Assembly (NCBI GenBank): GCA_964016885.1
Contig: OZ024744.1
Coordinates: forward strand, 102,858,001 to 102,922,000
Length of the DNA stretch: 64,000 bases
Direction of reading: 5' to 3'
DNA from: Eledone cirrhosa
Lineage: Eukaryota
In this document: positions 51,201 to 62,920 of the stretch, one piece after another
How positions within the stretch are numbered: position 1 is the first letter of the stretch
How the letters are laid out: each line of letters begins with the position of its first letter
Notes under the pieces: generated by a model
What the model saw: the letters and a program-made list of their open reading frames with translations, nothing else
Database searches by the model: none
What the model was told of the DNA's origin: nothing
Position numbers and translations under genes: made by a program

Positions 51201-53390
51201 CTGTTGCCATGAAACCAAAAATTAGTCAGACCACTGTTTAAAGTGGTCCTGCTGCCATGAAACTAAAAAGTAACCAGTCTACTGCTAAAAGTGGTCCTGT
51301 TGCCATGAAACTAAAAAGTAGTCAGTCTACTGTTTAAAGTGGTCCTGCTGCCATGAAACTAAAAAGTAGTCAGTCTACTGTTTAAAGTGGTCATGTTGTC
51401 ATGAAACTAAAAAATAGTCAGTCTGCTGTTTAAAGTGGTCCTGCTGCCATGAAACTAAAAAGTAACCAGTCCAGTATTTAAAGTGGTCCTGCTGCCATGA
51501 AACTAAAAATTAGTCAGTCTACTGTTTAAAGTGGTCCTGTTGCCATGAAACTAAAAAGTGGTCAGTCTACTGTTCAAAGTGGTCCTGCTGCCATGAAACT
51601 AAAAAGTAGTCAGTCTACTGTTTAACTGGTCTTGTTGCCATGAAACTAAAAAGTAACCAGTCTACTGGTCAAAGTGGTCCTGCTGCCATGAAACTAAAAA
51701 GTAGTCAGTCAACTGTTTAAAGTGGTCCTGCTGCCATGAAACTAAAAAGTAATCAGTCTACTGTTTAAACTAGTCCTGCTGCCATGAAACTAAAAAGTAA
51801 CCAGTTCCACTGTTTAAAGTGGTCCTGTTGCCATGAAACTAAAAAGTAAACAGTCTACTGTTTAAAGTGGTCCTGTTGCCGTGAAACTAAAAAGTAACCA
51901 TTCCACTGTTTAAAGTGGTCCTGCTACCATGAAACTAGAAAGTAACCAGCCTACTCTTTAAAGTGGTCCTGTTGCCATTAAACTAAAAAGTAACCAGTCT
52001 ACTGTTTAAAGTGGTCCTGCTGCCATGAAACTAAAAAGTAGTGAGTCTACTGTTTAAAGTGGCCCTGCTTCCATGAAACTAAAAAGTAGTCAGTATACTG
52101 TTTAAAGTGGTCCTGCTGCCATGAAACTAAAAAGTAACCAGACCACTGTTTAAAGTGGTCCTGCTGCCATGAAACTAAAAAGTAACCAGTCTACTGCTTA
52201 AAGCGGTCCTCTTGCAATGAAACTAAAAAGTAGTCAGTCTACTGTTTAAAGTGGTCCTGCTGCCATGAAACTAAAAAGTAGTCAGTCTACTGTTTAAAGT
52301 GGTCCTGTTGCCATGAAACTAAAAAATAGTCAGTCTTCTGTTTAAAGTGGTCCTGCTGCCATGAAACTAAAAAGTAGTCAGTATACTGTTTAAAGTGGTC
52401 CTGCTGCCATGAAACTAAAAAGTAACCAGTCTACTATTTAAAGTGGTCCAGCTGCCATGAAACTAAAAAGGAGTCAGTCTACTGTTTAAACTGGTCCTGC
52501 TGCCATGAAACTAAAAAGTAACCAGTTCCACTGTTTAAAGTGGTCCTGTTGCCATGAAACTAAAAAGTAAACAGTCTACTGTTTAAAGTGGTCCTGTTGC
52601 CATGAAACTAAAAAGTAAACAGTCTACTGTTTAAAGTGGTCCTGTTGCCGTGAAACTAAAAAGTAACCATTCCACTGTTTAAAGTGGTCCTGCTGCCATG
52701 AAACTAGAAAGTAACCAGCCTACTCTTTAAAGTGGTCCTGTTGCCATTAAACTAAAAAGTAACCAGTCTACTGTTTAAAGTGGTCCTGCTGCCATGAAAC
52801 TAAAAAGTAGTCAGTCTACTGTTTAAAGTGGCCCTGCTTCCATGAAACTAAAAAGTAGTTAGTATACTGTTTAAAGTGGTCCTGCTGCCATGAAACTAAA
52901 AATTAACCAGTCTACTGCTTAAAGTGGTACTGTTGCCATGAAACTAAAAAGCAGTCAGTCTACTGTTTAAAGTGGTCCTGTTGCCATGAAACTCAAAAGT
53001 AACCAGTCTACTGCTTAAAGCGGTCCTCTTGCAATGAAACTAAAAATTAGTCAGTCTACTGTTTAAAGTGGTCCTGCTGCAATGAAACTAAAAAGTAGTC
53101 AGTCTACTGTTTAAAGTGGTCCTGCTGCCATGAAACTAAAAAGTAGTCAGTCTACTGTTTAAAGTGGTCCTGCTGCCATGAAACTAAAAAGTAACCAGTC
53201 CACTGTTTAAAGTGGTCCTGCTGCCATGAAACTAAAAAGTAACCAGTCCACTGTTTAAAGTGGTCCTGCTGCCATGAAACTAAAAAGTAACCAGTCCACT
53301 GTTTAAAGTGGTCCTGTTGCCATGAAACCAAAAATTAGTCAGACCACTGTTTAAAGTGGTCCTGCTGCCATGAAACTAAAAAGTAACCAG
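48290..53390. repeat. Repeated block of about 2.1 kb, offset 2978 bp (62 monomers +2)
   Basis: ACTGCTAAAA at 48303/51281 and TAGTGAG at 49061/52039. A further copy of ACTGCTAAAA lies at 54402 (offset 6099 from 48303, the same offset as TAAGCAG 47429/53528). Confidence 0.8.
49520..51270. repeat. Tandem duplication, period 865 bp (18 monomers +1), nested in a larger 2978-bp repeat
   Basis: AGTTCCAC at 49546/50411 and GCCATGAAACCAAAAATTAG at 50341/51206. Confidence 0.85.
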
Positions 53391-56019
53391 TCTACTGCTT
53401 AAAGTGGTCCTCTTGCAATGAAACTAAAAAGTAGTCAGTCTACTGTTTAAAGTGGTCCTGCTGCCATGAAACTAAAAAGTAGTCAGTATACTGTTTAAAG
53501 TGGTCCTGCTGCCATGAAACTAAAAAGTAAGCAGTCTACTGTTTAAAGTGGTCCAGCTGCCATGAAACTAAAAAGTAGTCAGTCTACTGTTTAAAGTGGT
53601 CCTGCTGCCATGAAAATAAAAAGTAGTCAGTCCACTGTTTAAAGTGGTCCTGCTGCCATGAAACTAAATAGTAACCAGTCTACTGCTTAAAGTGGTCCTG
53701 TTGCCATTAAACTAAAAAGTAACCAGTCAACTGTATGAAGTTGTCCTGCTGCCATGAAACTAAAAAGTAACCAGTCTACTGTTTAAAGTGGTCCTGTTGC
53801 CATGAAACTAAAGAGTAACCAGTCCACTGTTTAAAGTGGTCCTGTTGCCATGAAACTAAAAAGTAGTCAGTCTACTGTTTAAAGTAATCCTGTTGCCATG
53901 AAACCAAAAAGTAGTCAGTCCACTGTTTAAAGTGGTCCTGCTGCCATGAAACTAAAAAGTAGTCAGTCTACTGTTTAAAGTGGTCCTGCTGCCATGAAAC
54001 TAAAAAGTAACCAGTCTACTGTTTAAAGTGGTCATGCTGCCATGAAACTAAAAAGTAGTCAGTCTACTGTTTAAAGTGGTCCTGCTGCCATGAAACTAAA
54101 AAGTAGTCAGTCTACTGTTTAAAGTGGTCCTGCTGCCATGAAACTAAAAAGTAACCAGTCTACTGTTTAAAGTGGTCCTGCTGCCATGGAACTAAAAAGT
54201 AATCAGTCTACTGTTTAAAGTGCTTCTGCTGCCATGAAACTAAAAAGTAACCAGTCCACTGTTTAAAGTGGTACTGTTGCAATGAAACTAAAAAGTAACG
54301 AGTCAACTGTTTAAAGTGGTACTGTTGCAATGAAACTAAAAAGTAGTCAGTCCACTGTTTAAAGTGGTCCTGCTGCTATGAAACTAAAAAGTAACCAGTC
54401 TACTGCTAAAAGTGGTCCTGTTGCCATGAAACTAAAAAGTAGTCAGTCTACTGTTTAAAGTGGTCCTGCTGCCATGAAACTAAAAAGTAGTCAGTCTACT
54501 GTTTAAAGTGGTCATGTTGCCATGAAACTAAAAAATAGTCAGTCTGCTGTTTAAAGTGGTCCTGCTGCCATGAAACTAAAAAGTAACCAGTCCAGTATTT
54601 AAAGTGGTCCTGCTGCCATGAAACTAAAAATTAGTCAGTCTACTGTTTAAAGTGGTCCTGTTGCCATGAAACTAAAAAGTGGTCAGTCTACTGTTCAAAG
54701 TGGTCCTGCTGCCATGAAACTAAAAAGTAGTCAGTCTACTGTTTAACTGGTCTTGTTGCCATGAAACTAAAAAGTAACCAGTCTACTGGTCAAAGTGGTC
54801 CTGCTGCCATGAAACTAAAAAGTAGTCAGTCAACTGTTTAAAGTGGTCCTGCTGCCATGAAACTAAAAAGTAATCAGTCTACTGTTTAAACTAGTCCTGC
54901 TGCCATGAAACTAAAAAGTAACCAGTTCCACTGTTTAAAGTGGTCCTGTTGCCATGAAACTAAAAAGTAAACAGTCTACTGTTTAAAGTGGTCCTGTTGC
55001 CGTGAAACTAAAAAGTAACCATTCCACTGTTTAAAGTGGTCCTGCTACCATGAAACTAGAAAGTAACCAGCCTACTCTTTAAAGTGGTCCTGTTGCCATT
55101 AAACTAAAAAGTAACCAGTCTACTGTTTAAAGTGGTCCTGCTGCCATGAAACTAAAAAGTAGTGAGTCTACTGTTTAAAGTGGCCCTGCTTCCATGAAAC
55201 TAAAAAGTAGTCAGTATACTGTTTAAAGTGGTCCTGCTGCCATGAAACTAAAAAGTAACCAGACCACTGTTTAAAGTGGTCCTGCTCCCATGAAACTAAA
55301 AAGTAACCAGTCTACTGCTTAAAGTGGTTGTGTTGCCATGAAACTAAAAAGCAGTCAGTCTACTGTTTTAAGTGGTCCTGTTGCCATGAAACTCAAAAGT
55401 AACCAGTCTACTGCTTAAAGTGGTCCTCTTGCAATGAAACTAAAAAGTAGTCAGTCTACTGTTTAAAGTGGTCCTGCTGCCATGAAACTAAAATGTAGTC
55501 AGTCTACTGTTTAAAGTGGTCCTGCTGCCATGAAACTAAAAAGTAACCAGTCCACTGTTTAAAGTGGTCCTGCTGCCATGAAACTAAAAAGTAAACAGTC
55601 CACTGTTTAAAGTGGTCCTGCTGCCATGAAAGTAAAAAGTAACCAGTCCACTGTTTAAAGTGGTCCTGTTGCCATGAAACCAAAAATTAGTCAGACCACT
55701 GTTTAAAGTGGTCCTGCTGCCATGAAACTAAAAAGTAACCAGTCTACTGCTTAAAGTGGTCCTCTTGCAATGAAACTAAAAAGTAGTCAGTCTACTGTTT
55801 AAAGTGGTCCTGCTGCCATGAAACTAAAAAGTAGTCAGTCTACTGTTTAAAGTGGTCCTGTTGCCATGAAACTAAAAAAATAGTCAGTCTTCTGTTTAAA
55901 GTGGTCCTGCTGCCATGAAACTAAAAAGTAGTCAGTATACTGTTTAAAGTGGTCCTGCTGCCATGAAACTAAAAAGTAACCAGTCTACTATTTAAAGTGG
56001 TCCAGCTGCCATGAAACTA

Positions 56020-59000
56020 AAAAGGAGTCAGTCTACTGTTTAAACTGGTCCTGCTGCCATGAAACTAAAAAGTAACCAGTTCCACTGTTTAAAGTGGTCC
56101 TGTTGCCATGAAACTAAAAAGTAAACAGTCTACTGTTTAAAGTGGTCCTGTTGCCATGAAACTAAAAAGTAAACAGTCTACTGTTTAAAGTGGTCCTGTT
56201 GCCGTGAAACTAAAAAGTAACCATTCCACTGTTTAAAGTGGTCCTGCTGCCATGAAACTAGAAAGTAACCAGCCTACTCTTTAAAGTGGTCCTGTTGCCA
56301 TTAAACTAAAAAGTAACCAGTCTACTGTTTAAAGTGGTCCTGCTGCCATGAAACTAAAAAGTAGTCAGTCTACTGTTTAAAGTGGCCCTGCTTCCATGAA
56401 ACTAAAAAGTAGTTAGTATACTGTTTAAAGTGGTCCTGCTGCCATGAAACTAAAAATTAACCAGTCTACTGCTTAAAGTGGTACTGTTGCCATGAAACTA
56501 AAAAGCAGTCAGTCTACTGTTTAAAGTGGTCCTGTTGCCATGAAACTCAAAAGTAACCAGTCTACTGCTTAAAGCGGTCCTCTTGCAATGAAACTAAAAA
56601 GTAGTCAGTCTACTGTTTAAAGTGGTCCTGCTGCAATGAAACTAAAAAGTAGTCAGTCTACTGTTTAAAGTGGTCCTGCTGCCATGAAACTAAAAAGTAA
56701 CCAGTCCACTGTTTAAAGTGGTCCTGCTGCCATGAAACTAAAAAGTAACCAGTCCACTGTTTAAAGTGGTCCTGCTGCCATGAAACTAAAAAGTAACCAG
56801 TCCACTGTTTAAAGTGGTCCTGTTGCCATGAAACTAAAAAGTAGTCAGACCACTGTTTAAAGTGGTCCTGCTGCCATGAAACTAAAAAATAGTCAGTCTA
56901 CTGTTTAAAGTGGTCCTGTTGCCATGAAACTAAAAAATAGTCAGTCTTCTGTTTAAAGTGGTCCTGCAGCCATGAAACTAAAAAGTAGTCAGTATACTGT
57001 TTAAAGTGGTCCTGCTGCCATGAAACTAAAAAGTAACCAGTCCACTGTTTAAAGTGGTCCTGCTGCCATGAAACTAAAAAGTAACCAGTCCACTGTTTAA
57101 AGTGGTACTGTTGCAATGAAACTAAAAAGTAACGAGTCAACTGTTTAAAGTGGTACTGTTGCAATGAAACTAAAACTTGTCAGTCCACTGTTTAAAGTGG
57201 TCCTGCTGCTATGAAACTAAAAAGTAACCAGTCTACTGCTAAAAGTGGTCCTGTTGCCATGAAACTAAAAAGTAGTCAGTCTACTGTTTAAAGTGGTCCT
57301 GCTGCCATGAAACTAAAAAGTAGTCAGTCTACTGTTTAAAGTGGTCCTGTTGCCATTAAACTAAAAAATAGTCAGTCTGCTGTTTAAAGTGGTCCTGCTG
57401 CCATGAAACTAAAAAGTAACCAGTCCAGTATTTAAAGTGGTCCTGCTGCCATGAAACTAAAAATTAGTCAGTCTACTGTTTAAAGTGGTCCTGTTGCCAT
57501 GAAACTAAAAAGTGGTCAGTCTACTGTTCAAAGTGGTCCTGCTGCCATGAAACTAAAAAGTAGTCAGTCTACTGTTTAACTGGTCTTGTTGCCATGAAAC
57601 TAAAAAGTAACCAGTCTACTGGTCAAAGTGGTCCTGCTGCCATGAAACTAAAAAGTAGTCAGTCAACTGTTTAAAGTGGTCCTGCTGCCATGAAACTAAA
57701 AAGTAATCAGTCTACTGTTTAAACTGGTCCTGCTACCATGAAACTAAAAAGTAGCCAGTTCCACTGTTTAAAGTGGTCCTGTTGCCATGAAACTAAAACG
57801 TGAACAGTCTACTGTTTAAAGTGGTCCTGTTGCCATGAAACTAAAAAGTAAACAGTCTACTGTTTAAAGTGGTCCTGTTGCCGTGAAACTAAAAAGTAAC
57901 CATTCCACTGTTTAAAGTGGTCCTGCTGCCATGAAACTAGAAAGTAACCAGCCTACTCTTTAAAGTGGTCCTGTTGCCATTAAACTAAAAAGTAACCAGT
58001 CTACTGTTTAAAGTGGTCCTGCTGCCATGAAACTAAAAAGTAGTGAGTCTACTGTTTAAAGTGGCCCTGCTTCCATGAAACTAAAAAGTAGTCAGTATAC
58101 TGTTTAAAGTGGTCCTACTGCCATGAAACTAAAAAGTGAACAGTCCACTGTTTAAAGTGGTCCTGCTGCCATGAAAGTAAAAAGTAACCAGTCCACTGTT
58201 TAAAGTGGTCCTGTTGCCATGAAACCAAAAATTAGTCAGACCACTGTTTAAAGTGGTCCTGCTGCCATGAAACTAAAAAGTAACCAGTCTACTGCTTAAA
58301 GTGGTCCTCTTGCAATGAAACTAAAAAGTAGTCAGTCTACTGTTTAAAGTGGTCCTGCTGCCATGAAACTAAAAAGTAGTCAGTCTACTGTTTAAAGTGG
58401 TCCTGTTGCCATGAAACTAAAAAGTAACCAGTCCACTGTTTAAAGTGGTCCTGCTGCCATGAAACTAAAAAATAGTCAGTCTACTGTTTAAAGTGGTCCT
58501 GTTGCCATGAAACTAAAAAATAGTCAGTCTTCTGTTTAAAGTGGTCCTGCAGCCATGAAACTAAAAAGTAGTCAGTATACTGTTTAAAGTGGTCCTGCTG
58601 CCATGAAACTAAAAAGTAACCAGTCCACTGTTTAAAGTGGTCCTGCTGCCATGAAACTAAAAAGTAACCAGTCCACTGTTTAAAGTGGTACTGTTGCAAT
58701 GAAACTAAAAAGTAACGAGTCAACTGTTTAAAGTGGTACTGTTGCAATGAAACTAAAACTTGTCAGTCCACTGTTTAAAGTGGTCCTGCTGCTATGAAAC
58801 TAAAAAGTAACCAGTCTACTGCTAAAAGTGGTCCTGTTGCCATGAAACTAAAAAGTAGTCAGTCTACTGTTTAAAGTGGTCCTGCTGCCATGAAACTAAA
58901 AAGTAGTCAGTCTACTGTTTAAAGTGGTCCTGTTGCCATTAAACTAAAAAATAGTCAGTCTGCTGTTTAAAGTGGTCCTGCTGCCATGAAACTAAAAAGT

Positions 59001-62000
59001 AACCAGTCCAGTATTTAAAGTGGTCCTGCTGCCATGAAACTAAAAATTAGTCAGTCTACTGTTTAAAGTGGTCCTGTTGCCATGAAACTAAAAAGTGGTC
59101 AGTCTACTGTTCAAAGTGGTCCTGCTGCCATGAAACTAAAAAGTAGTCAGTCTACTGTTTAACTGGTCTTGTTGCCATGAAACTAAAAAGTAACCAGTCT
59201 ACTGGTCAAAGTGGTCCTGCTGCCATGAAACTAAAAAGTAGTCAGTCAACTGTTTAAAGTGGTCCTGCTGCCATGAAACTAAAAAGTAATCAGTCTACTG
59301 TTTAAACTGGTCCTGCTGCCATGAAACTAAAAAGTAGCCAGTTCCACTGTTTAAAGTGGTCCTGTTGCCATGAAACTAAAACGTGAACAGTCTACTGTTT
59401 AAAGTGGTCCTGTTGCCATGAAACTAAAAAGTAAACAGTCTACTGTTTAAAGTGGTCCTGTTGCCGTGAAACTAAAAAGTAACCATTCCACTGTTTAAAG
59501 TGGTCCTGCTGCCATGAAACTAGAAAGTAACCAGCCTACTCTTTAAAGTGGTCCTGTTGCCATTAAACTAAAAAGTAACCAGTCTACTGTTTAAAGTGGT
59601 CCTGCTGCCATGAAACTAAAAAGTAGTGAGTCTACTGTTTAAAGTGGCCCTGCTTCCATGAAACTAAAAAGTAGTCAGTATACTGTTTAAAGTGGTCCTG
59701 CTGCCATGAAACTAAAAAGTGAACAGTCCACTGTTTAAAGTGGTCCTGCTGCCATGAAAGTAAAAAGTAACCAGTCCACTGTTTAAAGTGGTCCTGTTGC
59801 CATGAAACCAAAAATTAGTCAGACCACTGTTTAAAGTGGTCCTGCTGCCATGAAACTAAAAAGTAACCAGTCTACTGCTTAAAGTGGTCCTCTTGCAATG
59901 AAACTAAAAAGTAGTCAGTCTACTGTTTAAAGTGGTCCTGCTGCCATGAAACTAAAAAGTAGTCAGTCTACTGTTTAAAGTGGTCCTGTTGCCATGAAAC
60001 TAAAAAATAGTCAGTCTTCTGTTTAAAGTGGTCCTGCTGCCATGAAACTAAAAAGGAGTCAGTCTACTGTTTAAACTGGTCCTGCTGCCATGAAACTAAA
60101 AAGTAACCAGTTCCACTGTTTAAAGTGGTCCTGTTGCCATGAAACTAAAAAGTAAACAGTCTACTGTTTAAAGTGGTCCTGTTGCCATGAAACTAAAAAG
60201 TAAACAGTCTACTGTTTAAAGTGGTCCTGTTGCCGTGAAACTAAAAAGTAACCATTCCACTGTTTAAAGTGGTCCTGCTGCCATGAAACTAGAAAGTAAC
60301 CAGCCTACTCTTTAAAGTGGTCCTGTTGCCATTAAACTAAAAAGTAACCAGTCTACTGTTTAAAGTGGTCCTGCTGCCATGAAACTAAAAAGTAGTCAGT
60401 CTACTGTTTAAAGTGGCCCTGCTTCCATGAAACTAAAAAGTAGTTAGTATACTGTTTAAAGTGGTCCTGCTGCCATGAAACTAAAAATTAACCAGTCTAC
60501 TGCTTAAAGTGGTACTGTTGCCATGAAACTAAAAAGCAGTCAGTCTACTGTTTAAAGTGGTCCTGTTGCCATGAAACTCAAAAGTAACCAGTCTACTGCT
60601 TAAAGCGGTCCTCTTGCAATGAAACTAAAAAGTAGTCAGTCTACTGTTTAAAGTGGTCCTGCTGCAATGAAACTAAAAAGTAGTCAGTCTACTGTTTAAA
60701 GTGGTCCTGCTGCCATGAAACTAAAAAGTAACCAGTCCACTGTTTAAAGTGGTCCTGCTGCCATGAAACTAAAAAGTAACCAGTCCACTGTTTAAAGTGG
60801 TCCTGCTGCCATGAAACTAAAAAGTAACCAGTCCACTGTTTAAAGTGGTCCTGTTGCCATGAAACTAAAAAGTAGTCAGACCACTGTTTAAAGTGGTCCT
60901 GCTGCCATGAAACTAAAAAATAGTCAGTCTACTGTTTAAAGTGGTCCTGTTGCCATGAAACTAAAAAATAGTCAGTCTTCTGTTTAAAGTGGTCCTGCAG
61001 CCATGAAACTAAAAAGTAGTCAGTATACTGTTTAAAGTGGTCCTGCTGCCATGAAACTAAAAAGTAACCAGTCCACTGTTTAAAGTGGTCCTGCTGCCAT
61101 GAAACTAAAAAGTAACCAGTCCACTGTTTAAAGTGGTACTGTTGCAATGAAACTAAAAAGTAACGAGTCAACTGTTTAAAGTGGTACTGTTGCAATGAAA
61201 CTAAAACTTGTCAGTCCACTGTTTAAAGTGGTCCTGCTGCTATGAAACTAAAAAGTAACCAGTCTACTGCTAAAAGTGGTCCTGTTGCCATGAAACTAAA
61301 AAGTAGTCAGTCTACTGTTTAAAGTGGTCCTGCTGCCATGAAACTAAAAAGTAGTCAGTCTACTGTTTAAAGTGGTCCTGTTGCCATTAAACTAAAAAAT
61401 AGTCAGTCTGCTGTTTAAAGTGGTCCTGCTGCCATGAAACTAAAAAGTAACCAGTCCAGTATTTAAAGTGGTCCTGCTGCCATGAAACTAAAAATTAGTC
61501 AGTCTACTGTTTAAAGTGGTCCTGTTGCCATGAAACTAAAAAGTGGTCAGTCTACTGTTCAAAGTGGTCCTGCTGCCATGAAACTAAAAAGTAGTCAGTC
61601 TACTGTTTAACTGGTCTTGTTGCCATGAAACTAAAAAGTAACCAGTCTACTGGTCAAAGTGGTCCTGCTGCCATGAAACTAAAAAGTAGTCAGTCAACTG
61701 TTTAAAGTGGTCCTGCTGCCATGAAACTAAAAAGTAATCAGTCTACTGTTTAAACTGGTCCTGCTGCCATGAAACTAAAAAGTAGCCAGTTCCACTGTTT
61801 AAAGTGGTCCTGTTGCCATGAAACTAAAACGTGAACAGTCTACTGTTTAAAGTGGTCCTGTTGCCATGAAACTAAAAAGTAAACAGTCTACTGTTTAAAG
61901 TGGTCCTGTTGCCGTGAAACTAAAAAGTAACCATTCCACTGTTTAAAGTGGTCCTGCTGCCATGAAACTAGAAAGTAACCAGACTACTCTTTAAAGTGGT

Positions 62001-62920
62001 CCTGTTGCCATTAAACTAAAAAGTAACCAGTCTACTGTTTAAAGTGGTCCTGCTGCCATGAAACTAAAAAGTAGTGAGTCTACTGTTTAAAGTGGCCCTG
62101 CTTCCATGAAACTAAAAAGTAGTCAGTATACTGTTTAAAGTGGTCCTGCTGCCATGAAACTAAAAAGTGAACAGTCCACTGTTTAAAGTGGTCCTGCTGC
62201 CATGAAAGTGAAAAGTAACCAGTCCACTGTTTAAAGTGGTCCTGTTGCCATGAAACCAAAAATTAGTCAGACCACTGTTTAAAGTGGTCCTGCTGCCATG
62301 AAACTAAAAAGTAACCAGTCTACTGCTTAAAGTGGTCCTCTTGCAATGAAACTAAAAAGTAGTCAGTCTACTGTTTAAAGTGGTCCTGCTGCCATGAAAC
62401 TAAAAAGTAGTCAGTCTACTGTTTAAAGTGGTCCTGTTGCCATGAAACTAAAAAATAGTCAGTCTTCTGTTTAAAGTGGTCCTGCTGCCATGAAACTAAA
62501 AAGTAGTCAGTCTACTGTTTCAACTGGTCCTGCTGCCATGAAACTAAAAAGTAACCAGTTCCACTGTTTAAAGTGGTCCTGTTGCCATGAAACTAAAAAG
62601 TAAACAGTCTACTGTTTAAAGTGGTCCTGTTGCCATGAAACTAAAAAGTAAACAGTCTACTGTTTAAAGTGGTCCTGTTGCCGTGAAACTAAAAAGTAAC
62701 CATTCCACTGTTTAAAGTGGTCCTGCTGCCATGAAACTAGAAAGTAACCAGCCTACTCTTTAAAGTGGTCCTGTTGCCATTAAACTAAAAAGTAACCAGT
62801 CTACTGTTTAAAGTGGTCCTGCTGCCATGAAACTAAAAAGTAGTCAGTCTACTGTTTAAAGTGGCCCTGCTTCCATGAAACTAAAAAGTAGTTAGTATAC
62901 TGTTTAAAGTGGTCCTGCTG
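56020..62920. repeat. Composite higher-order repeat A-B-B-A-B-A (A about 865 bp, B about 1583 bp)
   Basis: Identical ORF-track segments at 56898, 58481 and 60929 give offsets of 1583 and 2448. The private AAAACTTGTCAG marker occurs at about 57172, 58755 and 61203. AAAGGAGTC (GG at 56024/60055) is offset by 4031 = 1583 + 2448. Confidence 0.82.

Noticed and set aside
56898-61195. Three identical 88-aa minus-strand ORFs as protein-coding genes
   Set aside because: They are translations of about 5.5 satellite monomers that happen to lack the TAG allele. They start at TTG, have no unique flanks or gene context, and are identical only because the block is duplicated.
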